Shown: piece after piece, positions 10,831 through 20,235 of the stretch
Layout of the letters: each line of letters begins with the position of its first letter
Position numbering within the stretch: the stretch's first letter is position 1
From: Candidatus Latescibacterota bacterium
GTDB taxonomy: Bacteria > Latescibacterota > UBA2968 > GCA-2709665
Assembly: GCA_965205485.1 (NCBI GenBank)
Contig: OZ242180.1
Location: 768,001-832,000 of the forward strand
Length of the DNA stretch: 64,000 bases
Direction of reading: 5' to 3'
Position numbers and translations under genes: made by a program
The notes under the pieces: model-generated
Told to the model about the DNA's origin: nothing
What the model saw: the letters and a program-made list of their open reading frames with translations, nothing else
Database searches by the model: none

Positions 10831-11625
10831 TTACGGCGCCGATGCGGCGACGGTCAACCAGGCAGGCAGACCGGCACGCGGATTCGCGCGCCAATCCAGC
10901 ATCGAATCGTCCCTGTCGACCTCACCATTGCCTCCCCGCCAATATCCGGAATCGCGAGCCGGGCTTTCGATGACTTTCTTCAACACCAATCCGGCTTGCG
11001 CAAGCGGATTGAGCAAGTCAGCGAGGGTCCAATGGTGCTCATACGACTCCTCTTCGGACCCGTCGAAAGGACCGGTATCCCAATAGGGTTTCACGATTTC
11101 AACAGGTGCGACCTGCTCCTTCCACGGGCGTGTGAAGGGATGAACGTCGTAGAAGACGTACGCGCCTCCCGACTTCAGGATGCGGGCGACCTCCGAGAAT
11201 ACGCCAAAGAGATCGGCAATCCATACAAAAAAGCCGTTCGTCGAACAGACCAGATCAAAGCTCGAATCGGACAGCGAATCCAGACTGGCTGCATCGGAAC
11301 GCACGAATTCCATCGACAGACCCAGCGAGTCCGCCCGGTCCGACGCCAGGCTCAATCGCTCCTCGGAGATGTCCGTTGAAGTAACCCTGGCGCCCAGGCC
11401 CGCAAGCGCATAGGCCGCCAGATTGTCCCCGCTGCCGATCACACAGACTCGCCTTCCGTCAACCGTTCCCACCATTTCCCGGAGGGTCCCAAGCGCCCCG
11501 CCTTCGAATGCCAACTCGGGTTCCCGGTGACACCGGCGCCAGAGGCTATCGCGATTCAGACGTTCCTCCCAGTCCCCGGCCATATCGTTCCATCGCCGGC
11601 GGTTGGCTTCGTGTATTTCGTTCAT
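10831..11625 (-). CDS. Class I SAM-dependent methyltransferase
   Basis: VCVIGSGD, VTSTDIS, FDLV, RILKSGG, HPF. Confidence 0.85.
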   Translation of the reverse strand: MNEIHEANRRRWNDMAGDWEERLNRDSLWRRCHREPELAFEGGALGTLREMVGTVDGRRVCVIGSGDNLAAYALAGLGARVTSTDISEERLSLASDRADSLGLSMEFVRSDAASLDSLSDSSFDLVCSTNGFFVWIADLFGVFSEVARILKSGGAYVFYDVHPFTRPWKEQVAPVEIVKPYWDTGPFDGSEEESYEHHWTLADLLNPLAQAGLVLKKVIESPARDSGYWRGGNGEVDRDDSMLDWRANPRAGLPAWLTVAASAP

Positions 11626-11715
11626 GGACTTTTCCCGCGAAAACACCTTCTGTGTGTCGTTTCGAATCGTACAAAACGTAAAATACCTTGAAACAGTAGA
11701 TCGGGTGGTCTCGTA

Positions 11716-12324
11716 TCAGGACCTGGGCAGAATCTGCTTCAGCAACGCAGGATGTCGTCGACGCAATTCCAGAAGTCTTGCGGCCGTCCCGACGGGCCTG
11801 AGCCGAGCGGAACGCGGTAATCGCACCCGTTCCTCGATGATCCCTCCCTGCGCCTCGAGGCGCTCGATTGTGAAAGATTCCACTGCGAGGTCATAGAATA
11901 GTCCGGGTTTCAACGTCGCGATGGCCGAAAGATCGCCCGGTTCCGCCCGACCGATCGCTCGGCCGGCGTACACCGCGACCTTTGCGCCCGGGACATAACC
12001 CGGATCGTTTCCTTCCCACAAGAATTGAACGCCATCCGGAACCTTGCCCGGCGGAAGCGGCGACACGTTTCCGGCCGGGTCCATCGAAAAGGGTTTCACA
12101 GAACCGTCGAGCGCGACCCTGCAGCCGATTTCTTCCATCGCCTCCCTGCGCAAGGCGCCCTCCAGGGACTCGCCTTCCTCAATCGTGCCGCCGATGCAGC
12201 TCATGCCGATCTCGATAATCCCATCCTGTCCGCGCTGCCATTTCTCTTCTCTCTGGAGTTCGAAGAGAAAACCGTCCCTCTCCGTTAGGATAATCGCAAC
12301 GCCTATGATCAGAAAGTCTGACAT
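11716..12324 (-). CDS. NUDIX hydrolase
   Basis: Nudix box GGTIEEGESLEGALRREAMEEIG. Confidence 0.85.
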   Translation of the reverse strand: MSDFLIIGVAIILTERDGFLFELQREEKWQRGQDGIIEIGMSCIGGTIEEGESLEGALRREAMEEIGCRVALDGSVKPFSMDPAGNVSPLPPGKVPDGVQFLWEGNDPGYVPGAKVAVYAGRAIGRAEPGDLSAIATLKPGLFYDLAVESFTIERLEAQGGIIEERVRLPRSARLRPVGTAARLLELRRRHPALLKQILPRS

Positions 12325-12376
12325 CTCATTGTCGACCGACTATGCCCGCCGCGATGGTGCGGGAAAGGTGTTCTGT

Positions 12377-12814
12377 TCACAACATTCCTTTTCTGATCAA
12401 TTCTCTTGCGCCCGGACCGCTCTGGACCCTGTAATGCGTTTCCTTTCTGTCCGAAAAGAAGTCCTCGATACGTTCCACCTGTTTCGGTACTGTGTTGTTG
12501 GGGATACGATCCAATGGAAAGTACTCGATCCGGTCCGCCTCGTCCGTGAGTCGGGCCGCGCCTCCGGTCACCCGGCAGAAGAACGAAAAAACAATCTCGT
12601 TGCTTTCCGGTTTGCTGTAAACGCCGCTGAGATGGACGGGCGCCGCTTCCAGGCCCGTTTCTTCTTTGATCTCCCGCACAAGGGCATCCCACGGGCTCTC
12701 TCCAGTCTCGACGCCGCCGCCGGGCAGGTTCCACAGGTCGAAATCGCGCCGGTGGCAGAGAAGAACGCGATCTTTATCATCGGTTATGATGCCGAAAACG
12801 CCCACCCTGAACAC
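12377..12814 (-). CDS. NUDIX hydrolase
   Basis: Nudix box LPGGGVETGESPWDALVREIKEETG. Confidence 0.9.
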   Translation of the reverse strand: MFRVGVFGIITDDKDRVLLCHRRDFDLWNLPGGGVETGESPWDALVREIKEETGLEAAPVHLSGVYSKPESNEIVFSFFCRVTGGAARLTDEADRIEYFPLDRIPNNTVPKQVERIEDFFSDRKETHYRVQSGPGARELIRKGML

Positions 12815-12816
12815 GA

Positions 12817-13380
12817 TCAGGTTCCTTCGATGAAAAATCGCAAATATCCTAATTCGGCGTCGGATATTCCGAGACTGTCAAGTTCACCGACCGGGACAAA
12901 TGCCGCCGACTCCTCATAGTCGTCATCGCGTATTGAATCCGGCACATGCTCGGAAGCGCGGGCAGCGTAGACGAACTGAAAAAAGTGAGGGTGGGGAAAC
13001 CGGTATCCCGTCGGTTTCGGCCCGAGATGTTCCAGATGGATGAATCCCAGTCGCGAGACCGTTTCAATCGTCCAGCCCGTCTCCTCCGCGACTTCTCGAC
13101 GAAGCGTCTGCTGGAAACTTTCCCCAGCTTCGCATCGGCCTCCCGGCAAAATGTGACAGCCCTCTCGATTGTGGACAACGAGAACGGAATCGCCCGTCAG
13201 GACGAGACATCGAACAGACGTCACCAAATGTTGCGGCGGGTTTTCATGGGAAAGGTAATAGCGCACGCGCAGAGGGAGAGCGCCCTCGGCCCACCGGGTT
13301 TCCGTTTCGCAAAAAGGTGTCTCACCGTCAAGAACTGCGCGTATTTCGTTGTCAGGATTCAATCGACGACCCATCGGCAT
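12817..13380 (-). CDS. NUDIX hydrolase
   Basis: Nudix box LPGGRCEAGESFQQTLRREVAEETG. Confidence 0.88.
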   Translation of the reverse strand: MPMGRRLNPDNEIRAVLDGETPFCETETRWAEGALPLRVRYYLSHENPPQHLVTSVRCLVLTGDSVLVVHNREGCHILPGGRCEAGESFQQTLRREVAEETGWTIETVSRLGFIHLEHLGPKPTGYRFPHPHFFQFVYAARASEHVPDSIRDDDYEESAAFVPVGELDSLGISDAELGYLRFFIEGT

Positions 13381-13460
13381 ATTGAATCAGGGTGACAGGA
13401 ATGGCAACTGTCCGCCCGGTCTACGGACCCATATCCCAATGCTCCAACCCGAGGAATTCG

Positions 13461-13979
13461 TCAGACAAAGTCCAGATACATGCGACTGGACTGAATGCCT
13501 CTGTTATTCTGATATTTCGCGCTCTTGTAGGTTTCGAAATCGCCGTCCAGGGTATGATAGTAGATCTGGCAGATTTCCACGTTCGGATAGATCCGTACGG
13601 GCTGAATGCAGAACATCTCCAGCGTCCAGTACCCGGCGAAACCCACGTCGCCGAAACCCGCGGTAACGTGCACGAACAGCCCAAGTCGACCCACCGACGA
13701 GCGCCCCTCGAGCATGGGGACGAGATTATCCGTTCTGGTGAATTCCGCCGTTCGTCCGAGATAGAGCTTCCGGGGTTGCAACTCGTAACCGTCGTTGGGA
13801 ATCCGAATGGACCGCGTGGGATTTTCCTTTTTCATATCCAGAAGCCCGTCCTCGTACACGACGAGTTCATCGGCCAGAGAGAGATTGTAGCTGTTCGGAT
13901 TGAGCCTGGCCGGATCGAACGGCTCTATGGCGATGTCTTTTCCAATTCGCTCGTGGATCATTTTACCCGATAGGATCAT
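13461..13979 (-). CDS. dcd: dCTP deaminase
   Basis: MILS, NPNSYNLSL, EGRSS.GRLGL.VH.TAG..D.GF.G..TLE, ICQI, KYQN. Confidence 0.9.
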   Translation of the reverse strand: MILSGKMIHERIGKDIAIEPFDPARLNPNSYNLSLADELVVYEDGLLDMKKENPTRSIRIPNDGYELQPRKLYLGRTAEFTRTDNLVPMLEGRSSVGRLGLFVHVTAGFGDVGFAGYWTLEMFCIQPVRIYPNVEICQIYYHTLDGDFETYKSAKYQNNRGIQSSRMYLDFV

Positions 13980-14541
13980 TTATCAGTTCCTTGCTGTGTC
14001 TGAGAATGCGATATGCGTCAGACGTATCCGAAGGGATGGGGCATTTCAACCAAATCGAATGTATCTGTATATGCCATTTTCACTAACCTCGACAAGAGCA
14101 ATCTGGAGTTCTTACTCTTTACGGCCACCGCTGTCCGAGAGAGAAACCGATTTGAGACCGGTGTGGTTGGCGTTCCCAGGAGCGAGGGCAGGATGCCCTC
14201 GCTACGGTACTACTTTTCAAGGTTACCCGGAAAAGACAATCCTGGAGAGGTATGGTTTTCGTCACGTGTTAATTTACGGACGTGAGCTACCGTGTTCAAT
14301 AGTGTTGTTCCGCCAGGCGGTCCGACAACACGCGCGTAAGTCAATTCAATTCTTTTTGTTGGTCTGTACCTTGCAGAAAGCGGCGGAATTCATTATGTAT
14401 AAGGTGGAACGACGGCGAGGCGTCCAAACCCCATTGTAACGGTCAAGAAACATAACGTTCAACGAGCCAACGACAAGAAAACGGTTCCCGGCGGGACCCA
14501 TCGGGGACCCAACCGTCAACCCAAATATGGGAGATCATCGG

Positions 14542-15345
14542 ATGAACAGGCTTTTCTCCGTTCTTTCCCTCGCACTCCTTCTCTGTATCGGCCTGACCGC
14601 CTGCGGGGAAAGCGAAGTGGAGAGACAGCAACGTGTAATTGCGCAGAAGGAAGCCAGCATCGACTCGCTCGAAACCGAGATGGGAAGCGCGCAGGCCGAA
14701 CTCGTCACCCTGAAGACGCAACTGGATAGCCTCACCAAGTTCGAGATGCTCTTGCAGGAGAAAAACCAGCAACTTCAGAAGGAAGTGAAGAAATATCGTG
14801 CTATTGCCGCGCAGCGCAAACGCAAGAACGAGGAACTGCAGCAGGCAATCGCCCAGCTACAGGATGAGAAGAAGGCCGACGAAGCGAAAATCGACCGCCT
14901 GCTCACCGAGTCCGACAGCCTCAGCGCGGCGCTGCGCGTACAGAGAGACGTCACCGTGAAGTTGACGCAGGACCTGGCTGCGGCGAACGAGGATATTGAA
15001 AGAACTCAAAAGAAACTCGACGAGGCCAAGCACGCGGTACGCGTGGTGGTGGGCACGGAAGACCGTCTCAAGGCGGACGGATTCCTGGAAACGGGCCGGC
15101 GCTTCTTCCGCAAAGGATACAAGTTGGTGCAGAAACCCGGTCACGACGACCTGAAAGTCACGCTCTTCTCCATCGGCGAAGGCCCAACCCTGGATCGGGG
15201 GCAGAAACTGAAGGAGTTGATCGGCCGTACGGGCAAGCTGAAGAAAGACAAGGACTATACGGTCAGCCTGAGCGCGGACGGTACGCACATCACGCTGGTC
15301 AGCGAACTCCTTAAAGGCGAGGCCGTCCTGGTGGTCGTCGAATAA
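14542..15345 (+). CDS. Coiled-coil lipoprotein
   Basis: Signal peptide with lipobox LTA/C, long heptad region, small C-terminal beta domain (VGT...LK..G.L). Confidence 0.8.
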   Translation: MNRLFSVLSLALLLCIGLTACGESEVERQQRVIAQKEASIDSLETEMGSAQAELVTLKTQLDSLTKFEMLLQEKNQQLQKEVKKYRAIAAQRKRKNEELQQAIAQLQDEKKADEAKIDRLLTESDSLSAALRVQRDVTVKLTQDLAAANEDIERTQKKLDEAKHAVRVVVGTEDRLKADGFLETGRRFFRKGYKLVQKPGHDDLKVTLFSIGEGPTLDRGQKLKELIGRTGKLKKDKDYTVSLSADGTHITLVSELLKGEAVLVVVE

Positions 15346-15358
15346 CGATCTGCTTCAT

Positions 15359-17122
15359 TCACACCCCCTGCGCCAGCCGGTTATCGCTTAAACAATTCAT
15401 CCATCGACTCGCCAGATACACCCGGGCAACCCTCAACGCATCAATCTGCGGGGGTTGCCCGTGCTTGTATGCAGGTTGCAGTTGTAATCGCTGTCCCGTT
15501 ATCGCCTCCAGCGCATCCCTTCGGGCGGCGAAATTCGCGATGCGTCCCATCCGCGCGTCCTCCTCGAGGCGTGAGGCAATCCTCTCCACGAAATCCGGAA
15601 ACGCCATCTTCCTGGCGAGATGAAGAGACTCGATTCGGACATCCAGGCTCAAATCGTCGAAGCAATCCGCAAGAGACTCCCGGCATTCAGACCAAAGATC
15701 CAAGCGGTGCATCAACAGGTACACGCCGGCCATGCGGACGACAGGCGAGCCATCGCGAAACGCGCCTGATATAAAGTCTGAATCCACCTGGGACGATTCG
15801 CCGCCCGCAAGCGCGCACAGGGACGCGGCGCGAATGGCGGCTTCAGGATGACTGGTGCGCTTGTATATTGCACGTACTGCACGTTGCGGGAGATCGACGC
15901 CGACAAGCGAGAGGATTGCATCCCTCACTCTGTCGTGACTGGCCATCTCCAGAATTGCCAGCCTGTCTTCCACTGACTCCCTACGCAAAGACGACCACGT
16001 CCTGAAAGGACTCTCGGCAGGTCCTGGTCCAGCCATTGGCGTGCCTCCGGCCACGGCGTCGCTGACCGAAACCAGGCCTGCGCGGAGATCCGTCCACTCC
16101 CTGTTCTTCAGCGCTGACGCAGCAAGGGCCGATTTCATTTCCCGCGCGGACCAGTTCGGATGCGCCTGCCAGACACAGGCCGCCGCCCCGAGGAGCGCCG
16201 GGCCCGAGAATGAAGTTCCGTTGGTTCGTGCGTAGCGGACCGGCAGGTCGTCCATCTTTCCAAAGTAGTGGGTCTCGATCTCTTCGGCGTTTCTGTGGGG
16301 AAGCACGACGTTCTGCGCCGGCGCCAGTATTTCCGGGACCCATTTCCCCTCGAACGTCGTTCCCCGGCACCCCGGATAGACCCTTGCGCGGTCAGGATCT
16401 CCATCCGGAGGAATCGCGACGCCTCCCACGGACATCACCGACGGCGCAGCGGCTTCCGCTATGGCGGTCGTCTCGTCCGGTCGATTCCCGGAACCGGACA
16501 CCACGAACAGGCCCTGGTCGACCAGCTCTTCACACAGCACCCGCCGCCGGTCGGTCTGCCACGGAAGAACGCCCGATCCAATCTGACTCTTCCGCGAGGA
16601 CAATACGCCGCGTATTTCGTATTTCCGCCAATTGGCGCGGACCCATTCCAGCGCTTTGATGTGCGCTCTTTCACCATCCCATCCCGGTTCCCGTGAGTAC
16701 ATCGCAACAAGAAACAGATCCGCTTCCGGCGCCAATCCCGTGTAGATGCCTCTTGATTCCGCGCCCGATCCCCCCGCGGCCGCCGCGGCGCAGAGCGCAT
16801 GCCACCCGCCCTTCCATGGTCCCGGCTCCGCCTCGAACACTTCGGGTTGCGCGTCAGGATCCGACATGCCCGGCACCAGATAGGTCGTTCGCCGCTCATC
16901 CGTGCTGATATCCGGATGGTGTGGGAATTCTCCGTCTATGACGGCAATGCGGATGTCCTTGCCGGTAAGTTCACGGGGGACCCGGAGAAACTGCCGCATC
17001 GAAGGCCACATATTTAGGGACTCAACAACGTGATACACAACATCAAGTGCCCGTTCCGGATTCCGATGACTCCGATTTGCCATAGTTACGTAAACCGGCT
17101 TCCTTTCTGATCCGGTTGACAC
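15359..17122 (-). CDS. S8 (subtilisin-like) serine peptidase with C-terminal HEAT-like repeats
   Basis: IAVIDG (Asp), GWH (His), SGN oxyanion, GTSFSGP (Ser); C-terminal repeats such as IRAASLCAL, VVRMAGV, VRIESL; start uncertain. Confidence 0.8.
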   Translation of the reverse strand: MSTGSERKPVYVTMANRSHRNPERALDVVYHVVESLNMWPSMRQFLRVPRELTGKDIRIAVIDGEFPHHPDISTDERRTTYLVPGMSDPDAQPEVFEAEPGPWKGGWHALCAAAAAGGSGAESRGIYTGLAPEADLFLVAMYSREPGWDGERAHIKALEWVRANWRKYEIRGVLSSRKSQIGSGVLPWQTDRRRVLCEELVDQGLFVVSGSGNRPDETTAIAEAAAPSVMSVGGVAIPPDGDPDRARVYPGCRGTTFEGKWVPEILAPAQNVVLPHRNAEEIETHYFGKMDDLPVRYARTNGTSFSGPALLGAAACVWQAHPNWSAREMKSALAASALKNREWTDLRAGLVSVSDAVAGGTPMAGPGPAESPFRTWSSLRRESVEDRLAILEMASHDRVRDAILSLVGVDLPQRAVRAIYKRTSHPEAAIRAASLCALAGGESSQVDSDFISGAFRDGSPVVRMAGVYLLMHRLDLWSECRESLADCFDDLSLDVRIESLHLARKMAFPDFVERIASRLEEDARMGRIANFAARRDALEAITGQRLQLQPAYKHGQPPQIDALRVARVYLASRWMNCLSDNRLAQGV

Positions 17123-17214
17123 CCGGCAAATTGATCACCCGGCCATCACAGTGCCCCGCCTGAGTTCCCGGAGCCCTTGCAGGATCTCGCGGCCCACGTC
17201 TCGTTTGAACTCAT

Positions 17215-18042
17215 TCATTTCTTTCTGTTCTCCTCGAGCCAGGCGACTGCGAAATCCACAACGTTGCGTTGCGGCATGAGCTGACAGTTCGCGATGCCGA
17301 CCTTTCCCCTGCGCACCCCCTTCCCCTCATCCGACTTCAGGAATTCCTCGCCGATACGATCGAAATCCGAACTGTCCGGTTCGACTTCCTCGAAGGTTAC
17401 CCATCGCCGTGATCCCGATGCATAGATTGGAGCGCCCTCCCGCACAACCCTTCGGGTCGGAAAGTTCGCCCGGTTTTCCGCCAGATGCATGGACGTATTG
17501 GATCCGTGGCTCGCGCCGAGAAGAAGGACAGAACCGTTCAGGTCGTAGATTCTCGCGAGCGGCGAACCCTCGCCCAGGCCGAAAGCCAGTGAATGATCGT
17601 CCACGATTCGGGATGCCTGAGGTCCGCACGCACAGAACGAGACCTGTGGGTGTGAACTGCGGAGAACACCTCTCTGCTTCCGGAAGGTCTCGGCGATTTC
17701 GCCCATAGCATGAGTGGGCGTCAGTTCAGGATCGTATGCCGGCATATGCTCGCGTATGACCGGCCACCAGGACCCGGGGACCGGAGGGTTTTCCCACTTG
17801 CCGGGTTCGGACAGTCCGGGCGAGTGGGCCGGCATCACAAGTGTTCCGGAAGATCCCAGAACCCCCTGAAGCGCGGCTATAACCGCGACGGCGCCACCGC
17901 ACACCCATCCCATCGCGCTCAAGGATGAATGTGCCAGGACAACCATGCCGGGTCTAATGCCAAGCGCGCGGAGATCCCTCTGTAAGGATTCAACCGTGGC
18001 GGGCGTTTTCGTCTTGTCTACGACGCTGTCTTCACCCATCAT
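17215..18042 (-). CDS. AAC(3) family N-acetyltransferase (YokD-like)
   Basis: VLAHSSLSAMGWVCGG, GTLVMP, RSSHP..SF, NTSMHLAE. Confidence 0.92.
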   Translation of the reverse strand: MMGEDSVVDKTKTPATVESLQRDLRALGIRPGMVVLAHSSLSAMGWVCGGAVAVIAALQGVLGSSGTLVMPAHSPGLSEPGKWENPPVPGSWWPVIREHMPAYDPELTPTHAMGEIAETFRKQRGVLRSSHPQVSFCACGPQASRIVDDHSLAFGLGEGSPLARIYDLNGSVLLLGASHGSNTSMHLAENRANFPTRRVVREGAPIYASGSRRWVTFEEVEPDSSDFDRIGEEFLKSDEGKGVRRGKVGIANCQLMPQRNVVDFAVAWLEENRKK

Positions 18043-18406
18043 CCGGTTCCCGGGTTTCCTCCTGTTTTGCGGCGATGGCCACGATCTCAACAAGGGTATC
18101 TCCCTCCAGCCCGACCTCCACGCATGCGCGCTGGGGCCAGTGATCGGGCCCGATCCAGTCATCCCAGACCTCGTTGAGGATGGGCTTTCTGGACATGTCC
18201 GTAATGTAGACCGTGGCGGACAGCAGCCGTGTTCTGTCAGTTCCGGCCTCCCTCAGGTTTGCATCCAGCTGTTCGAGCGCCTGCCTCGTCTGGTCCCTGA
18301 AGTCCGCCGACAGGTCCGGCGCAATCACGGCTGTATAGACGAGGCCGTTATGCTCAACGGATTCGCTCCGGCCTTCCGCCTTTCCCGGGTATCTTGTGAT
18401 GGACAT
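18032..18406 (-). CDS. RidA/YjgF family protein (YoaB-like)
   Basis: QTRQAL..LD..L.EAGTD, NEVWD.W, P.RACV, LVEI. Confidence 0.88.
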   Translation of the reverse strand: MSITRYPGKAEGRSESVEHNGLVYTAVIAPDLSADFRDQTRQALEQLDANLREAGTDRTRLLSATVYITDMSRKPILNEVWDDWIGPDHWPQRACVEVGLEGDTLVEIVAIAAKQEETREPDDG

Positions 18407-18587
18407 CGAGACTCCTTTGCTGTCGCGCGAAATGTGAAAAGAGTTGGTCTCCGTGAAGTAAAAATCCTATATTGCGAGGAAATCGAAGCGGACTCTTATC
18501 CGAAGCACGAGATGCCGCGTGGCATCATTCCTTCCAGTCCGGTGTCGCCGGACGTTTGACGTGAGGCGCTGGAGAGAGAATTGATTC

Positions 18588-19445
18588 ATGTCGCTATTGA
18601 CGTTTAAACTGCTCGCCGCTGTCGCAATACTGGCCGTTGCCGTGATCGGCGGGGTCATCCCCCTGCTGGCAGCACGTCACGATTATAGCCGGCGGTTCTT
18701 TTCATTGGGCAACGCCTTTGCAGGCGGTCTGTTCCTCGGGGTCGGATTCATTCACCTGCTGCCTGAAGGGATGGAGAAGCTGGAAGGGGTGGTGGAGTTC
18801 CCGCTGGCGGCTCTGCTGGCGGCATTGGGCCTGGGCGCCCTCTTGCTGATCGACCGCGTGATCTATGGCGATCATCATGCCGATCATTCGCCGGGTAGCG
18901 CGCAGTTGCAGCAATCCGTATACCCGTACGTCCTCCTGGCGCTCCTGTCGATCCACTCCATCATCGCCGGTATCACACTCGGACTCGAATCGAACGTGAT
19001 CGGCTCGTTCGTCATCCTGCTCGGGATTCTGTGCCACAAGGGGTCCGCGGCTTTTGCGCTCATGGTGTGCATCTACGAGGCGGGTATCCGGGCGGGAAAA
19101 CAGAAATCCATGCTTGCGATCTTCGCGATAATGACGCCATTGGGCGTGATCATCGGCCTGTTGATGGCGGCGGTCCTGGGCGAGCATGAAAACGTTGCGG
19201 CCCTGATCGAGGGGAGCTTCAACGCGATCGCCGCCGGGACCTTCATCTATGTGGCGGCCGTTGAAATCATCGACGCGGAGATGTCAACGCGGGAAATGCG
19301 CCTGGCGAAGTACGTATTGAGCGCGCTGGCCGGGGACGACGACGTGCCCATGCCCGTGAGAGATTCCGACAGGGTGGTAAAATTCGTACTCATCATAATT
19401 GGGATTTCCCTGATGGCGCTGCTGTCTGAATGGCACGTGCATTGA
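18588..19445 (+). CDS. ZIP family divalent metal transporter
   Basis: GGLFL..GFIHLLPE, His-rich loop, LSIHS...G, HKG, TPLG, AGTFIY. Confidence 0.9.
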   Translation: MSLLTFKLLAAVAILAVAVIGGVIPLLAARHDYSRRFFSLGNAFAGGLFLGVGFIHLLPEGMEKLEGVVEFPLAALLAALGLGALLLIDRVIYGDHHADHSPGSAQLQQSVYPYVLLALLSIHSIIAGITLGLESNVIGSFVILLGILCHKGSAAFALMVCIYEAGIRAGKQKSMLAIFAIMTPLGVIIGLLMAAVLGEHENVAALIEGSFNAIAAGTFIYVAAVEIIDAEMSTREMRLAKYVLSALAGDDDVPMPVRDSDRVVKFVLIIIGISLMALLSEWHVH

Positions 19446-19467
19446 GAGCAGACCGCCGGCGCGGCGT

Positions 19468-20202
19468 TTACTTTCTACAGATGATGAAGTGTTCCATCCA
19501 GAAGTGCCAGATTTGATCCACCGATCCGAAACCCGCCTCTTTCAGCCATTCAATCTGGGCAGCTAAGGGAGATATTCTGTCTCTCTCAGGGCTGTCCTCT
19601 TCAGTCTCGCCGACGATCCCGTCCACCCGATTGGCTTCCTCGAATTCTATCCCCGCACTTTCGAATCTCTCTTTCTGCCGCTTCCCGTGCCGCTTTCGAC
19701 CCAGTTGAAAAACGTCGTCGTCAAAGTGCGCGGACATCGCATCGATGAAGAAAAACCATCCAGCCGGATCCAGCACGTCGTGAATCTGCCTGAATACGCG
19801 GGCCTTGTTCTCGTCTGTCAGGTGATGTATTGTTGAAAACGAACTGACCAGTTGAAAGGACCCCAGACCCTCGGGCACGCCTTCGCTGAGATCATACTGC
19901 TGGAATTCCACCCTGTCGGAATGCGCGTTCAGCTTCCGGGCTGCAATCTCGATCATCCCGTCTGAAAGTTCGACAGCGATACAGGTTGCGTTCGCATATC
20001 TCTCCAGAATTCGCTCGATGAAGGCGCCCGTCCCACAACCGAGATCGAGCATTCGGAATTCAGTCCCGGTATCGAACGGAACGAAGTCCAGGGCCAGGCT
20101 GTGGTAGAATTCATACATCTCGATGCGAACCGGCTGAAGGCGGTCGTAATCCGCGGCGCGCGCCGAAAACTGCACACTTCGAGATTTCTGATTCACGGTC
20201 AT
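19468..20202 (-). CDS. Class I SAM-dependent methyltransferase
   Basis: LDLGCGTG, FSTIHHL; start could extend to 20217. Confidence 0.88.
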   Translation of the reverse strand: MTVNQKSRSVQFSARAADYDRLQPVRIEMYEFYHSLALDFVPFDTGTEFRMLDLGCGTGAFIERILERYANATCIAVELSDGMIEIAARKLNAHSDRVEFQQYDLSEGVPEGLGSFQLVSSFSTIHHLTDENKARVFRQIHDVLDPAGWFFFIDAMSAHFDDDVFQLGRKRHGKRQKERFESAGIEFEEANRVDGIVGETEEDSPERDRISPLAAQIEWLKEAGFGSVDQIWHFWMEHFIICRK

Positions 20203-20235
20203 GACCTCGAGTCGCAATATCGGTGGGCGGTTCGA

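Noticed and set aside
3292..13979. Integron cassette array
   Set aside because: No RYYYAAC...GTTRRRY attC structures seen after stop codons and no tyrosine recombinase; several genes overlap directly
17215..18042. Bona fide antibiotic-resistance island (AAC(3), APH, beta-lactamase-like, SMR)
   Set aside because: These are broad superfamily members; substrate specificity cannot be read from the sequence
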